This document shows positions 33,408-43,062 of a stretch of DNA of 64,000 bases, one piece after another (the first letter of the stretch is position 1; every line of letters starts with the position of its first letter). Origin of the DNA: an uncultured Acidobacteriota bacterium (lineage in GTDB: Bacteria > Acidobacteriota > Terriglobia > UBA7540); assembly GCA_963804995.1 (NCBI GenBank), contig CAWDSK010000006.1:1632001-1696000 (forward strand). The letters run 5' to 3'. Under the pieces are notes generated by a model. It was not told the origin of the DNA. It worked only from the letters and a program-made list of their open reading frames with translations, and did no database searches. The position numbers and the translations under genes were made by a program.

Positions 33408-34405
33408 GGATGACTTGTCTGACTGCCGGCAATGGCGGGCAACGCTTGAGGTTTCGAGGGTGCATAGTACCCGGCGCGGGTGCGGACGGTCAAGCGTCCG
33501 TGCCCCGTTGTCTTAACTTGGATGGTCCGATAGGCGCCGTCTGACTTGGTATTGGCGGGTGTATAGGCGAGGGTGTACTGGCTTCGGATATCCTGCGCGA
33601 TTCGTTCGCAAATCGGGGCAACCTCCTCCAGTGTTTCCGGCGAGAAGGCCTCGCCACCCGTGACCTTGGCGAGCCGCCGCAGGGCATTGGGGTTCCGGTC
33701 AGGGTCTTCGGGAACGGAGATATCAATCGTGTAGATAATAGCGTCCGACTGTCCTGCCAGGGTCGCGACCTGGTCCAAGGTGTGGTGGCTGGCGTTATCG
33801 CCCCCATCGCTCACCACGATCAGCACTTTCTTGTCGCGATTACCCTGCTTCAGGTGCTCGACGCCACCGCCACAGCGTCGTAGAGCGCCGTCTCGCCGAT
33901 GGCGGTAATTCTCGACAGGGCCGATTGCAATTGCCCTGCTTGGTCCGTGAAGGGCATGCCGTCGGGAAGGCCAAACGACACATGCGCGTTGAAATTGACG
34001 ACGAACATCTGGTCTTGCGGATTGCTGGAGCGGGCAAACGCCAAGGCGGCGGCTATGACGTTCCGGGCGCTTGGTTCGCATGCTTCCACTGTTATCTACA
34101 ACTAAACCGACCGTAACCGGGATATCATCATGGCCATAATACTCAATCTGTTGCAGTGCTCCGTCCTCGTAGACCTGGAAGTTCTCCTTGCTGAGGCCCG
34201 AAACCGGAGTGCCATTGTGGTTCCGCACGGTGGCTTGCAAGACCACCGAATCAGCGTTCACCCGGATCGTGTAGTCGCCACTCGGGCGGCCCGTGGGTGG
34301 CGCGGAGGCTTGCGGCCGGGCCAGACTGGGGAAAGTCAGCAGGAAGACGAGCGCGACCAGACAACGGCCAGTGGCGACCCCTTCCTTGCCGGTGCGTAAT
34401 CTCAT
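33404..34405 (-). CDS. Secreted VWA domain protein with two compensating frameshifts (about 34062 and 33862)
   Basis: DNSGSM MIDAS; TALYDAV lies in the alternative frame 33850-34089; VSDGGDNAS. Confidence 0.85.
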   Translation of the reverse strand: MRLRTGKEGVATGRCLVALVFLLTFPSLARPQASAPPTGRPSGDYTIRVNADSVVLQATVRNHNGTPVSGLSKENFQVYEDGALQQIEYYGHDDIPVTVGLVVDNSGSMRTKRPERHSRRLGVCPLQQSARPDVRRQFQRACVVWPSRRHALHGPSRAIAIGPVENYRHRRDGALRRCGGGVEHLKQGNRDKKVLIVVSDGGDNASHHTLDQVATLAGQSDAIIYTIDISVPEDPDRNPNALRRLAKVTGGEAFSPETLEEVAPICERIAQDIRSQYTLAYTPANTKSDGAYRTIQVKTTGHGRLTVRTRAGYYAPSKPQALPAIAGSQTSHP

Positions 34406-34461
34406 CACGGGTTGTTGCCGGGACTGCAACCTGCGCCTCCCCTTGAGAATGGCCAACCTGA

Positions 34462-34653
34462 CTAGGGCTGGCGAGGTTCCAGCGCCCATCTTCCCACCAA
34501 CCAAGCGGCGCGAGGGGTTATTTCTCGCAACCTTCGCGCTCCCTGACTGCTTAGCTCTTTGAGCACGATGAGGATTCCCCCGACCGTGAACACCAGCGCC
34601 GCGCCAATCACCGCCGCGATTAAACAGGCGGCATATTCATAGATGATGAACAT
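34462..34653 (-). CDS. Small membrane protein
   Basis: One hydrophobic helix; GAGGA SD; operon position. Confidence 0.5.
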   Translation of the reverse strand: MFIIYEYAACLIAAVIGAALVFTVGGILIVLKELSSQGARRLREITPRAAWLVGRWALEPRQP

Positions 34654-34890
34654 TCAAGTCCTCATTCGCAGGTTACCCATCGCCTGCCCGTCGAATCCAG
34701 TCCGTTGCCAGAAGGGTGAGCTTCTTGAGGTTAACCCTTCGACCGTGATGGGGAGGGGTACTCGCGTACCGCCCCCCCCTTCATGACCCGACGCTCAGTC
34801 AGCTTCGCCCGGGCCGCAAATTGGCGCCCGAAGCGTCCTACTTAGACCCTCTCTGTGGCTGGTCCACCGAGAGGCTTACACTTTCTGGGC

Positions 34891-35589
34891 TCAGGCAGTG
34901 CGCTTCGAAAAAGCCCAAAATGCAGCGCCTGCGCCTAGCGACAGAAGCCCGATCAATCCCACCAGCGGCAACGGGCTGGCCGTTTGAGCCATGGTCGCTG
35001 GGGCGGCGGTGTTGGCGGCTACCTCTGTCGGCGGCAGGGGCTCAACCACTTCGGTAATTGCCACCTCATCGCCGGTAGGTTTAACGGCTATGACCGGCGC
35101 GGTCTTCAAAACCTCAACGTCCGCAGGCAGTTCGACGGGAGTAGCGAGAACGGGCTCATTGACGATCTTGGCGAGTTCCAAAGCCCGGCGCTTGGGGTAA
35201 ACAAATTCCTCGCCCCAGTTGCGTCCCGGATAGAACCACGCCCGGATGGCTTCCGGCTGTCCTTCGCCTCTTTCCTTAAAGGTCAGGACCGTTTTGCCCG
35301 TCGCCTTCAAACGATAATTGGGGATGGCGAGGATGGTGGTGAAAACGTGGTCTTCGGCTTCGTTGAAGATTTGGACCACGTGCCGATCAGTCAAATCCAT
35401 GACCTTGAAAACATACGTTCCCGCCGGCAGGACCTGAGCGTCCACACCCGGAACCTCGAAGGGCGCGCTGAAGGTCATGACGGTTTTCCGGTTCCACTCG
35501 TCTGCCTTGGCACTGGATAGAAACGTTAGCACTCCCAGGCACAAGCAGATAATCATTCCTACTACTTTGAATCGGTCTAGCTTTTTCAT
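34891..35589 (-). CDS. Secreted protein with a C-terminal sortase-type sorting signal
   Basis: Signal peptide; C-terminus MAQTAS + hydrophobic helix + SKRTA. Confidence 0.75.
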   Translation of the reverse strand: MKKLDRFKVVGMIICLCLGVLTFLSSAKADEWNRKTVMTFSAPFEVPGVDAQVLPAGTYVFKVMDLTDRHVVQIFNEAEDHVFTTILAIPNYRLKATGKTVLTFKERGEGQPEAIRAWFYPGRNWGEEFVYPKRRALELAKIVNEPVLATPVELPADVEVLKTAPVIAVKPTGDEVAITEVVEPLPPTEVAANTAAPATMAQTASPLPLVGLIGLLSLGAGAAFWAFSKRTA

Positions 35590-35659
35590 CGGAGTTACCT
35601 CATTACTTTCTGGGGGCGCTCTTTTCTGCCCCGGCGTTCTTGGGTCGGATCTAAAATCG

Positions 35660-36385
35660 TTAAAAGATGTTGAGTGCAATCTGAATGCCCGGATGCCTCA
35701 GGTCGAACATGTAGTAGGCGCCATCGATGTATTCGACATAAACGTCGTCGTCGTAGTCCCAGCCGATGGGCCACCCGGAATTGAACCCGAACCAATAGCC
35801 GCCGTACTGGAAGCGGTTATAGCCGCCGATCATCCAGGGACGCCCCATGTGGAACGAGTGTTCATGCCCGAAATGGGCGCCGTAATTGGCATTGGAAATA
35901 CGCCCGTATTGGCCCCCGCCCCCGCCACCACGGTTGGCAGCCACGGTCTGTGTTTGCTGCCTTCCGGACTGCCCGCGCTGTGATTGCTGGGCCTGCACCT
36001 GTCGCGTGCGTTGCGGCTGCTGCGTTTTCACCTGCTGGGTGCGTTGCGGCTGCTGCTGGCGTTGCACTTGTTGGGTGCGCTGCGGCTGCTGCTGGCGCTG
36101 CACTTGTTGAGTGCGCTGCGGCTGCTCGGTTTTCACCTGCTGCGTGCGCTGCGGTTGCTGCTGGCGTTGCACCTGTTGGGTGCGCTGCGGCTGCTGTTGT
36201 GCCCTCTGCGGTTGTTGTTGGGCACGTTGCGGCTGCTGCTGGGCACGCTGAGGTTGCGCCTGGTGCTGGGCCGGCTGCGCTTTTCCTCCGCCCTTTTCCT
36301 CTTCGCCTTTTTGTGCGAAGGCAGGAAGGGTGCACCCGAGAAGTAAGAACATCACTGCGGTGCTGATAATGCGATTGTATTTCAT
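35660..36385 (-). CDS. Secreted Gln-rich repeat protein with an aromatic C-terminal domain
   Basis: Signal peptide (AFA), QQPQRAQ and QQPQRTQQV repeats, RFQYGGYWF..WDYDDDVYVEY. Confidence 0.8.
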   Translation of the reverse strand: MKYNRIISTAVMFLLLGCTLPAFAQKGEEEKGGGKAQPAQHQAQPQRAQQQPQRAQQQPQRAQQQPQRTQQVQRQQQPQRTQQVKTEQPQRTQQVQRQQQPQRTQQVQRQQQPQRTQQVKTQQPQRTRQVQAQQSQRGQSGRQQTQTVAANRGGGGGGQYGRISNANYGAHFGHEHSFHMGRPWMIGGYNRFQYGGYWFGFNSGWPIGWDYDDDVYVEYIDGAYYMFDLRHPGIQIALNIF

Positions 36386-36443
36386 TGGTATTGCCTCCCA
36401 CTCTGGTTAACTCTGCCTCTCACTGGATAATCGAGGCACACTG

Positions 36444-36508
36444 GTTATACCGTCTGTGGGCATACGTGTCAGTTCCGTACGGCTCACGCCGTAGGTCAAG
36501 ATTGCTCA
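36444..36508 (-). promoter_or_regulatory. Conserved two-box promoter, copy 1 (sortase operon)
   Basis: TGAGCAATCTTGACCT-5-GTGAGCCGTACGGAA-CTGACA-17-TATAAC. Confidence 0.75.
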
Positions 36509-36564
36509 GCGCGGTGGTGGTGGGGTATGCGGTTGGTCGTGTTAAGAAGTACTCGTGCTGAAAG

Positions 36565-36634
36565 ACCCCTCACCCGTCCCGCGCCGGCTGGTGAAAACGC
36601 CGGCCGCGGTCCACCCTCTCCCCTCGGAGAGGGC
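36565..36634 (+). repeat. REP-like palindromic element, copy 4
   Basis: Matches the copies at 15688 and 18635. Confidence 0.8.
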
Positions 36635-36741
36635 TAGGAGCTTTCGACTGGTTTGCTGGTTAGCGGGCTGTGGTGGTTGGAGGGCCACCGCCAACGGCTG
36701 GCGCAGACCCCGGTTCTTGGGAGGGTCTGCGATGTCCCGCA

Positions 36742-37473
36742 CTAGTCATGCAGCACGACGCTCAAGAGGCCGCTGTTAACCGTCAACGCGCCGCTGCCCG
36801 CGTAATCGATAAAGCCCAGCGTCCGGAACTTGTTCATGAAATGACTGACCCGCGACCGGGTGGTGCCGACCATCTGCGCCAGGTGTTCCTGATTGATTCC
36901 GGGAAGGATGCTTTCAGCTTTGGCTTCCTTGCCATAATGGGAAAGCAGCAAGAGAACCCGGGCCAGGCGCTTCTCACTGGAGTTGAAAAGCTGATCGACC
37001 AGATCCTCCTGATATCGCATGTTGCGCATCAGCAGATGGGTGACGAACAATTCCGAGATGCCGTGCTGCTCGTGGAGCATGCGCATCATCAACTGCTTGT
37101 CGATCCTGTAAAGCGTGCAATCGCTCATGGTGGTAGCCGTGGCCATACGCACCGGCCGGCCGGCCATGCAGCCCTCGCCGAAGAACTCACCGGGGCCCAA
37201 CACGGCGACGATCGCCTCCTTGCCTTGTTGGGAGGTCACCGCGTGTTTCACCTTGCCTTGGTGGAGGTACCACACGGCGTCCGCTGGGTCTCCCTGCATG
37301 AAGATGGTGCGGCCCTCGCCGTATTCCAGAACGGTTTTCCCGCGCGACATTCCGGCCAGGAATGCCGCCCAATCGATGGGCGGAGTAATGGTGTTTACCG
37401 GGCCAGGCGTGGGCTTGCCTTGGCCGTTGCCCTTGACATCCTTAGGCTGGTTCTTCTGTCTCTGTGGTGTCAT
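36742..37473 (-). CDS. Crp/Fnr family transcriptional regulator
   Basis: IFMQGDPAD, GEFFGEG, SEKRLAR and HTH LAQMVGTTRSRVS. Confidence 0.93.
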   Translation of the reverse strand: MTPQRQKNQPKDVKGNGQGKPTPGPVNTITPPIDWAAFLAGMSRGKTVLEYGEGRTIFMQGDPADAVWYLHQGKVKHAVTSQQGKEAIVAVLGPGEFFGEGCMAGRPVRMATATTMSDCTLYRIDKQLMMRMLHEQHGISELFVTHLLMRNMRYQEDLVDQLFNSSEKRLARVLLLLSHYGKEAKAESILPGINQEHLAQMVGTTRSRVSHFMNKFRTLGFIDYAGSGALTVNSGLLSVVLHD

Positions 37474-37681
37474 AAAAGTCTCTCTCTTCTTCTCGCGTCA
37501 AAACAACTTCTCATCACTGAGCTTCCTGCTCTTTCCAGGGGCCGGTGGGTTAGAAGCTTGCTCGTAAAGTTTCATCAATCTCTCTCGAGGTTGGTCTTGA
37601 TTTAAGTGTCCCCTCACGCCATCCGTGAGAGGGGTGTTATAGGACATTCGCCGGGGCTCGTCCCCGAGGCGGAAATACAAC

Positions 37682-37819
37682 TCACTTTCTTGCCGGAGGT
37701 TCAAAGGTCACGTCGGTTCCGTTCGTTTCGTCGTCCGGAGTATCTTCCTCCGCAATCTTTTTGACGATCTCCAGCGGGACCTGCTCGAAGTATGTTTTCG
37801 CTTTTTTCGTTTTGAGCAT
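37682..37819 (-). CDS. 45-aa small protein (below the ORF-track cutoff)
   Basis: AAGGA SD; MLKTKKAKTYFEQVPLEIVKKIAEEDTPDDETNGTDVTFEPPARK. Confidence 0.55.
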   Translation of the reverse strand: MLKTKKAKTYFEQVPLEIVKKIAEEDTPDDETNGTDVTFEPPARK

Positions 37820-38084
37820 TTAGATTTATCCTTCCTACCGCGTAAAGCCTAGCAGGCCACGATCGATACGGGTTAACTCTTTTTGAACTCTTTTATTGCC
37901 CTATTAGCGTGACGTGTTCGTTCAATTAGAGACACTTTGCAGTCCCGCCCGGTAGCGGTCTGCGCCGGTAACGGGAGCACGGGCCGGATACGTTAGCCGT
38001 CCGATTATTTACTTGCAGTCTATCGTAAGGGTGAGATACGATAGCGTAACGTATGCTTAACGTTATCGACTCGCGGAGGCGGGT

Positions 38085-38381
38085 ATGAGTCCTCAAGCAG
38101 TGAAAGAACTGGCGCATTTCAAGACGATGGAGCAAGCCAGCGTCCCGCAAGGGCGCAAGGGAAAGCACCAGCAGATCGTATCCATCATCCTCAAAGATCT
38201 CGACAAGCTGAAGGACGGCGCTGCTATTAAAGTCCCCTTGGCGGATTTGGCGGAGAGTAAAGAGAAGGTACGTTCCGCCCTGAATCGGGCCACCCGCAAA
38301 GCCGGACGGACGGTTGCCACCGCCAGCGACGCCAGCTTCCTGTACGTGTGGAACGTCAGCGAATCCCGCGAGACCCCGTAA
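38085..38381 (+). CDS. Small basic hypothetical protein, possibly DNA-binding
   Basis: GGAGG SD; KEKVRSALNRATRK helix; typical codon usage. Confidence 0.7.
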   Translation: MSPQAVKELAHFKTMEQASVPQGRKGKHQQIVSIILKDLDKLKDGAAIKVPLADLAESKEKVRSALNRATRKAGRTVATASDASFLYVWNVSESRETP

Positions 38382-38793
38382 AGCTCAAACCCCACAAGAT
38401 AGTGCCGCCAGCATTGATGTAAACCGTGTGCCCCTGCGCGCCGGAAATCAGGATAATCCCGTCCGCCCGCTGCAGTGATTCCTTCCCCCCAACGCCGTCG
38501 CGGGCGGAGTTGTTCTACTCCGTGGCGGTTGGCGCGCGTGTGGGTCGGACGCCAAGGGCTTTCGCCAACCTCCGGCCAGGCAAGCCACCCTGCCCAAGCC
38601 GCACCATCGGCCAGGATTCCAGGCCTGCGATCTTCGCAGCGCGCCGGCTCGACAAAGCGCTGACGAAGTACTCGCCGCACCGCGGGAGGCGGTTCGGCAA
38701 AGCTTGAGCAGCAGGGCCGGGCACACATCCCCGGAGCGTTTGGCATCATCCAACCTAAGGATCTGCAAGTGACGGAACAGGAGAGGAACAAGC

Positions 38794-39498
38794 ATGCGAA
38801 AGCTGATGAGTATCGTTCTCGGGTTGACCTTCGCCGGGACAGCGCTGGCGGCCGGACAAAGCAAAGAAGCCGAGCGGCTGGAATCCGCGGCCTTTGCCGT
38901 GAATGAGATTATGCAAGCGCCCGAGCAGGGCATCCCCCGGAATCTGCTCAATAGGGCCGTCTGTGTGGGCGTGATCCCTTCTGAGCTTCGGTTTGCGTTT
39001 GGTTTTGGCGGCGCCTATGGACGTGGCGCGCTGGCCTGCCGAAAGGGCGGTGACGGTCCCTGGGGCGCACCGTCGATGTTCACCCTGTACGGAGCGAATT
39101 TCGGTTTCCAAATCGGCGGCAAGTCGAGCGATATCGTCTTCATTGTGATGAATACGGGCGGCGTGCGGAAGTTGTTGCAGAGCAGGGTCAAGCTGGGCGT
39201 GGACGCCTCGGCGGCGGCGGGCCCCGTGGGGCGTACCGCGGAGGGTGCAACGGACCTTCAACTGCATGCCGAGATTCTCAGTTACTCACGTTCACGCGGG
39301 CTTTTCGCCGGGGTTTCACTGGCCGGGGCAGTGCTCAAGACCGACTACGGCGCCAACTTCCAGCTCTACCATCACGTCTATGAGCCCAAGGAAATCCTGA
39401 TCGACGGTCTTGCCACCCCTCCCGCCGAGGCGAAGCAACTCGACGACATCCTGGCGCAGTATTCACCCCGGGGTGGCGAACCCTTCCCCAAGGCGTAG
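38794..39498 (+). CDS. SYLF/Ysc84 lipid-binding domain protein
   Basis: GFQIGG, AAAGPVGR and ILSYSRSRGLFAG. Confidence 0.92.
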   Translation: MRKLMSIVLGLTFAGTALAAGQSKEAERLESAAFAVNEIMQAPEQGIPRNLLNRAVCVGVIPSELRFAFGFGGAYGRGALACRKGGDGPWGAPSMFTLYGANFGFQIGGKSSDIVFIVMNTGGVRKLLQSRVKLGVDASAAAGPVGRTAEGATDLQLHAEILSYSRSRGLFAGVSLAGAVLKTDYGANFQLYHHVYEPKEILIDGLATPPAEAKQLDDILAQYSPRGGEPFPKA

Positions 39499-39597
39499 CC
39501 TTTAGATTCTCTCTGGGATGGCAGGGGAGATTTCGGGCAGGGTGGCGCCGGCGCAGACTTCTTGCCTGCGTCTGCCCCTTCTTGTTCACTGGGTCGC

Positions 39598-40032
39598 CTA
39601 GCCCCGCTCTGTATCCACCTCGACTTGACCGGTCAGCTTCCGGCGCACGATGGCCCAACTCATCCCGATGGCCAGGAGCAGACTGAGCGCCACAAGTCCC
39701 AAGTGCGAAAAGGCCGTCGCGCTGTGCGGTTGGAAGACGCCCCCCTTGGCGATGAGCAGCCAGACGAGTGCGCCGAATATGGCCGCGATCAGGATCGAGC
39801 CGCCGAGTCCGAGCGACCGCCACGTCGCCTGGAGCACGACAACCCAGCCCGCGAGCAGGAGCAGGGCTACCACGACCTTCACCGGCCCGATGGCCGGCGT
39901 TCCCGAGAAAAAGGGCGCGATGGCCCAGTGATAAAACGACCGGCCCGACGGATTCCAGGTCCCGTAGACCAGAACGAAGGGGAGCACGATTCGACCTACG
40001 AAGCCGAGGGGGCTGAAGCGTTCATGTCCCAT
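39598..40032 (-). CDS. Membrane protein (DUF6524-like)
   Basis: TWNPSGRSFYHW, ATWRSLG and GMSWAIVRRKLTGQVEVD. Confidence 0.7.
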   Translation of the reverse strand: MGHERFSPLGFVGRIVLPFVLVYGTWNPSGRSFYHWAIAPFFSGTPAIGPVKVVVALLLLAGWVVVLQATWRSLGLGGSILIAAIFGALVWLLIAKGGVFQPHSATAFSHLGLVALSLLLAIGMSWAIVRRKLTGQVEVDTERG

Positions 40033-40476
40033 GAGGCACCCGTGAATTCTCCCTTCCCGCCACTACGACGACCGGGGGATTTCCTGAAGTCCCGAGTCAT
40101 TGCAGAAGCTAACAGGTCGAGCCCTGAATTGTCTGTTCAAAAAGAACCACACGAGTCACGGCCTCGACATGGGTGAGATTCACATTCGGTGGGCCTGGCA
40201 GATTCGTTTTGGGCGAGACTTTCCGAATAGCGCTCTGGCACCCACATCCGGCATGTCCATGTCCCGGACGGACCGGGAACGGCAAACGCCCTTCCACACC
40301 TCAATTCAGCCGCTCAGTGACTGAATGCTGGAGTCATTTTGTATGCGAACTCCCCCCGCGCCAGGCCCCCAATTCCCGCAGGGTGACAGAAGAGCGGTTT
40401 GGCGACTATACGTCCAGGTGCTTGTTGGTTGCGGAGAAACCCGCCAATATTTTAAGCCCCAAAGGGCCGTTGATTT

Positions 40477-40803
40477 AGCCCCAAAGGGGCGAAATAACGA
40501 AGCCCAGGCCAACGGCCTGGGTTTGGATGAGCCCCCAATTTTGCCGCCAGCCCTGAAAGGGCGAGATACGTGTTTCCCCATGCCGCAATCTCCTTCCCCA
40601 CTCTACGTAACACAACAAGAAACCCACCACCGCGTGGCCAGCGGAATTCCAGAACCTGCTGGACGCGCACGGAATTGCTTACGATGAGCGGTACGTTTGG
40701 GATTGAAGAGGATTGTTCCGCCCCTTCAGGGCTCGGGTATCGGTTTGGGTCCCGTTGACCCAGGCCGTTGGCCTGGGCTTTGTTATTTCGCCCCTTTGGG
40801 GCT
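40477..40803 (+). mobile_element. Non-autonomous REP-bounded element with an internally deleted IS200-like TnpA (RAYT)
   Basis: 46-bp terminal inverted REP repeats enclosing MPQSPSPLYV...QQETHHR...EFQNLLDAHGIAYDERYVWD* (40580-40706). Confidence 0.75.
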
Positions 40804-41044
40804 CAAAACATTGGCATGTTCAGGAAAAAGGGGTGGGCTTCATGCCCGCCCTTATTGTTTCCCGCTTCGAATTCAACAAGAAAGGACTTGGCCGTTGGCC
40901 TGCCAGATTTCTCTAGCTCCAGTCACTGTTCTTAGCTAACGACAGTATTCAGTGCTCGCGTTGACGTATGGCCCACTAGGTGCTAAAAGGGGGCTATAAC
41001 TTCGTTCTTTGACTTTTGGTTTTTATACATTAAGGAGGCACTTT

Positions 41045-41977
41045 ATGGATAGGCGCAACTTTATTAGGAAGGGGGCCACAGCCGCTGGGGGCATGGCGGC
41101 CTCGAACAAGATCTTCGAATCGCTCGCCAAAGCGGATGAAGCCGCGGTAAATCCGAAGCCCGTTCCAAACCTAAAGGGCCAAATGCCGTACGGGAACATC
41201 GGCAAGATGAAACTGAGCCGGATGATACTGGGCGGCAACCTGATCGGCGGCTGGTCGCATTCTCGCGATCTGATCTACGTTGAGGCGCTATTCAAGGCCT
41301 ACAACAATCGCAGTAAGACTTTCGAGACTTTGGAGTTAGCGGAGGCGTGCGGAATCAATGCCTTCCTCACCAATCCGGGTCTTTGCGACATCATCGACAA
41401 CTACCATCGAAACGGCGGGAAAATCCAGTTCATTTCTGATTGCGGCCAAGATCCCGTAATGGAAGCGGTCCAGAAGTCTATCGACCACGGAGCCGCCGCC
41501 TGCTATATCCAGGGACTCATCGCCGAACAACTCGTTCAGGACAAGCAGTTTGACACGATTGCGAAAGCGCTGGAACTCATTCGCCGGAACGGTCTGCCGG
41601 CAGGAGTGGGCGCGCACCACCTGGAAACCATCAAAGGGTGCGTTGACAAGGGGCTGCGGCCCGATTTCTGGATGAAGACATTCCACCAACTAAATTATTG
41701 GTCGGCCCGCCCGGGCGAGCCCGAACATGACAATATTTGGTGCGACTCCCCGGAGGCAACCACCGCCTACATGCACAACTTGCAGGAGCCCTGGATCGCT
41801 TTCAAGACCCTGGCAGCGGGCGCATTAGTACCGGAGAGCGGCTTCCGCTACGCATTTGAAAACGGGGCGGATTTCATTTGCGTCGGCATGTTCGATTTTC
41901 AGATCGTGGATGATGTGAATACTGGGCTTGCTGTGCTGAACAGCGGCCTCAAGCGCTCGCGCCCGTGGCGTGCGTAG
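41045..41977 (+). CDS. TAT-exported aldo/keto-reductase-like TIM-barrel protein
   Basis: DRRNFI, SRMILGGN, WIAFKTLAAG and GADFICVGMFDFQ. Confidence 0.7.
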   Translation: MDRRNFIRKGATAAGGMAASNKIFESLAKADEAAVNPKPVPNLKGQMPYGNIGKMKLSRMILGGNLIGGWSHSRDLIYVEALFKAYNNRSKTFETLELAEACGINAFLTNPGLCDIIDNYHRNGGKIQFISDCGQDPVMEAVQKSIDHGAAACYIQGLIAEQLVQDKQFDTIAKALELIRRNGLPAGVGAHHLETIKGCVDKGLRPDFWMKTFHQLNYWSARPGEPEHDNIWCDSPEATTAYMHNLQEPWIAFKTLAAGALVPESGFRYAFENGADFICVGMFDFQIVDDVNTGLAVLNSGLKRSRPWRA

Positions 41978-42224
41978 CGAAGGCTGGCATTCATCTGCTG
42001 GATGAACCTGAGATCGCCGGGGCTTACACACCGGAAGATTCGGGCTGGCTGGCGCAGAGCGAGCCCAGCTCTGCGATTTAGCGGGGTAGCGCAGACGTAG
42101 CCGCTGTTTGGCTTCGTCTGCGGCGTTTCCCTTGGGCATTAACCGATATATGTATGTCCGAGAACGCTGTTGCCATGTTAAGAACCGCGGAGGAAGCTGA
42201 ACTACGCCACCTCCGCGCTACCCG

Positions 42225-42493
42225 CTAATGGTGGGCCGAAGGTCCGCCGATCACGATGGCGGACTGAAGGCCTGGGTTTAGATTACCCCCAAATTTTGCC
42301 CCCAGCCCTGAAAGGGCGGGATACTGCTGGACGCGCACGGAATTGCCCACGACGAGCGGTACGTGTGGTATTGATTGTTTCGCCCCTTCAGGGCTCGGGT
42401 ATCGGTTTGGGTCCCGTTGACCCAGGCCCTTGGCCCACCATTAAGATCGGCGGACCTTCGGCCTGGGCTTCGTTAGATCGCCCCTTAGGGGCT
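42225..42493 (+). mobile_element. Second, more deleted copy of the REP/TnpA-remnant element
   Basis: Same REP hairpins; keeps only LLDAHGIAHDERYVWY*. Confidence 0.7.
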
Positions 42494-42654
42494 CACCTGC
42501 CCGCACCTTGAGACTGGGCCTTACCGGCTTTTGGAGTGCGGCCGCGAAGCTGCCGCTTTGCCTTTCGCCAGCTTGCTGGCACGGCTGACGCTAACCGCTC
42601 GGAAAAACCCCATGACAGGTTGTTTACGCCTCGCACACCAGATATACTGGCGCC

Positions 42655-42954
42655 ATGGGATCACGGGTCGTAGAGGCTGAATACGAGAAGGGCATGCTCA
42701 AGCCGAGCACGCCGTTGACGCTTCGTCCGGGAGAGCGTGTGCATCTGATCGTGATGCGGCAGCCGGATCCGAAGCGATGGGACCTGTCCCGTCTGGCGCA
42801 GAGCCCCGCGGCCGATGAAGCGGTTCTCGCCGAGCAGGGCCTGGAGGGCTGGGCGGCGAACCTCGAGGCAGAGGATCGCCAGTCAGTTACGTGCAATTCC
42901 CCAGTCGGCTCTCCAGAAAAAAATCCGGGACTTAACCGAAGAGGAAACGGCTGA
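42655..42954 (+). CDS. DUF104/AF2212-like antitoxin, C-terminus extended by a deletion junction
   Basis: VEAEYEKGMLKPSTPLTLRPGERVHL. Confidence 0.75.
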   Translation: MGSRVVEAEYEKGMLKPSTPLTLRPGERVHLIVMRQPDPKRWDLSRLAQSPAADEAVLAEQGLEGWAANLEAEDRQSVTCNSPVGSPEKNPGLNRRGNG

Positions 42955-43009
42955 ACCCGAACTGGCCACCGACGAGGCTCTCGGTAGGGTCGAGCCGCCA
43001 CCCAAGTAG
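42880..43009 (+). pseudogene. C-terminal remnant of a PemK/MazF-like toxin
   Basis: SQLRAIPQSALQKKIRDLTEEE...ELATDEALG; no start codon or N-terminal half. Confidence 0.5.
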
Positions 43010-43062
43010 CAGCACCTAAACCCCGGGGAGGAGAAAGGGTACCTGGAGGAGAAAGGGTACCT

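Noticed and set aside
37498..37620. Possible small helical protein (QDQPRERLMKLYEQAS) before crp
   Set aside because: No clear start codon and it looks degenerate; support is insufficient
37930..38020. Sixth copy of the two-box promoter upstream of the first crp
   Set aside because: Only weak similarity; the TGAGCAAT box and a properly spaced -10 are missing
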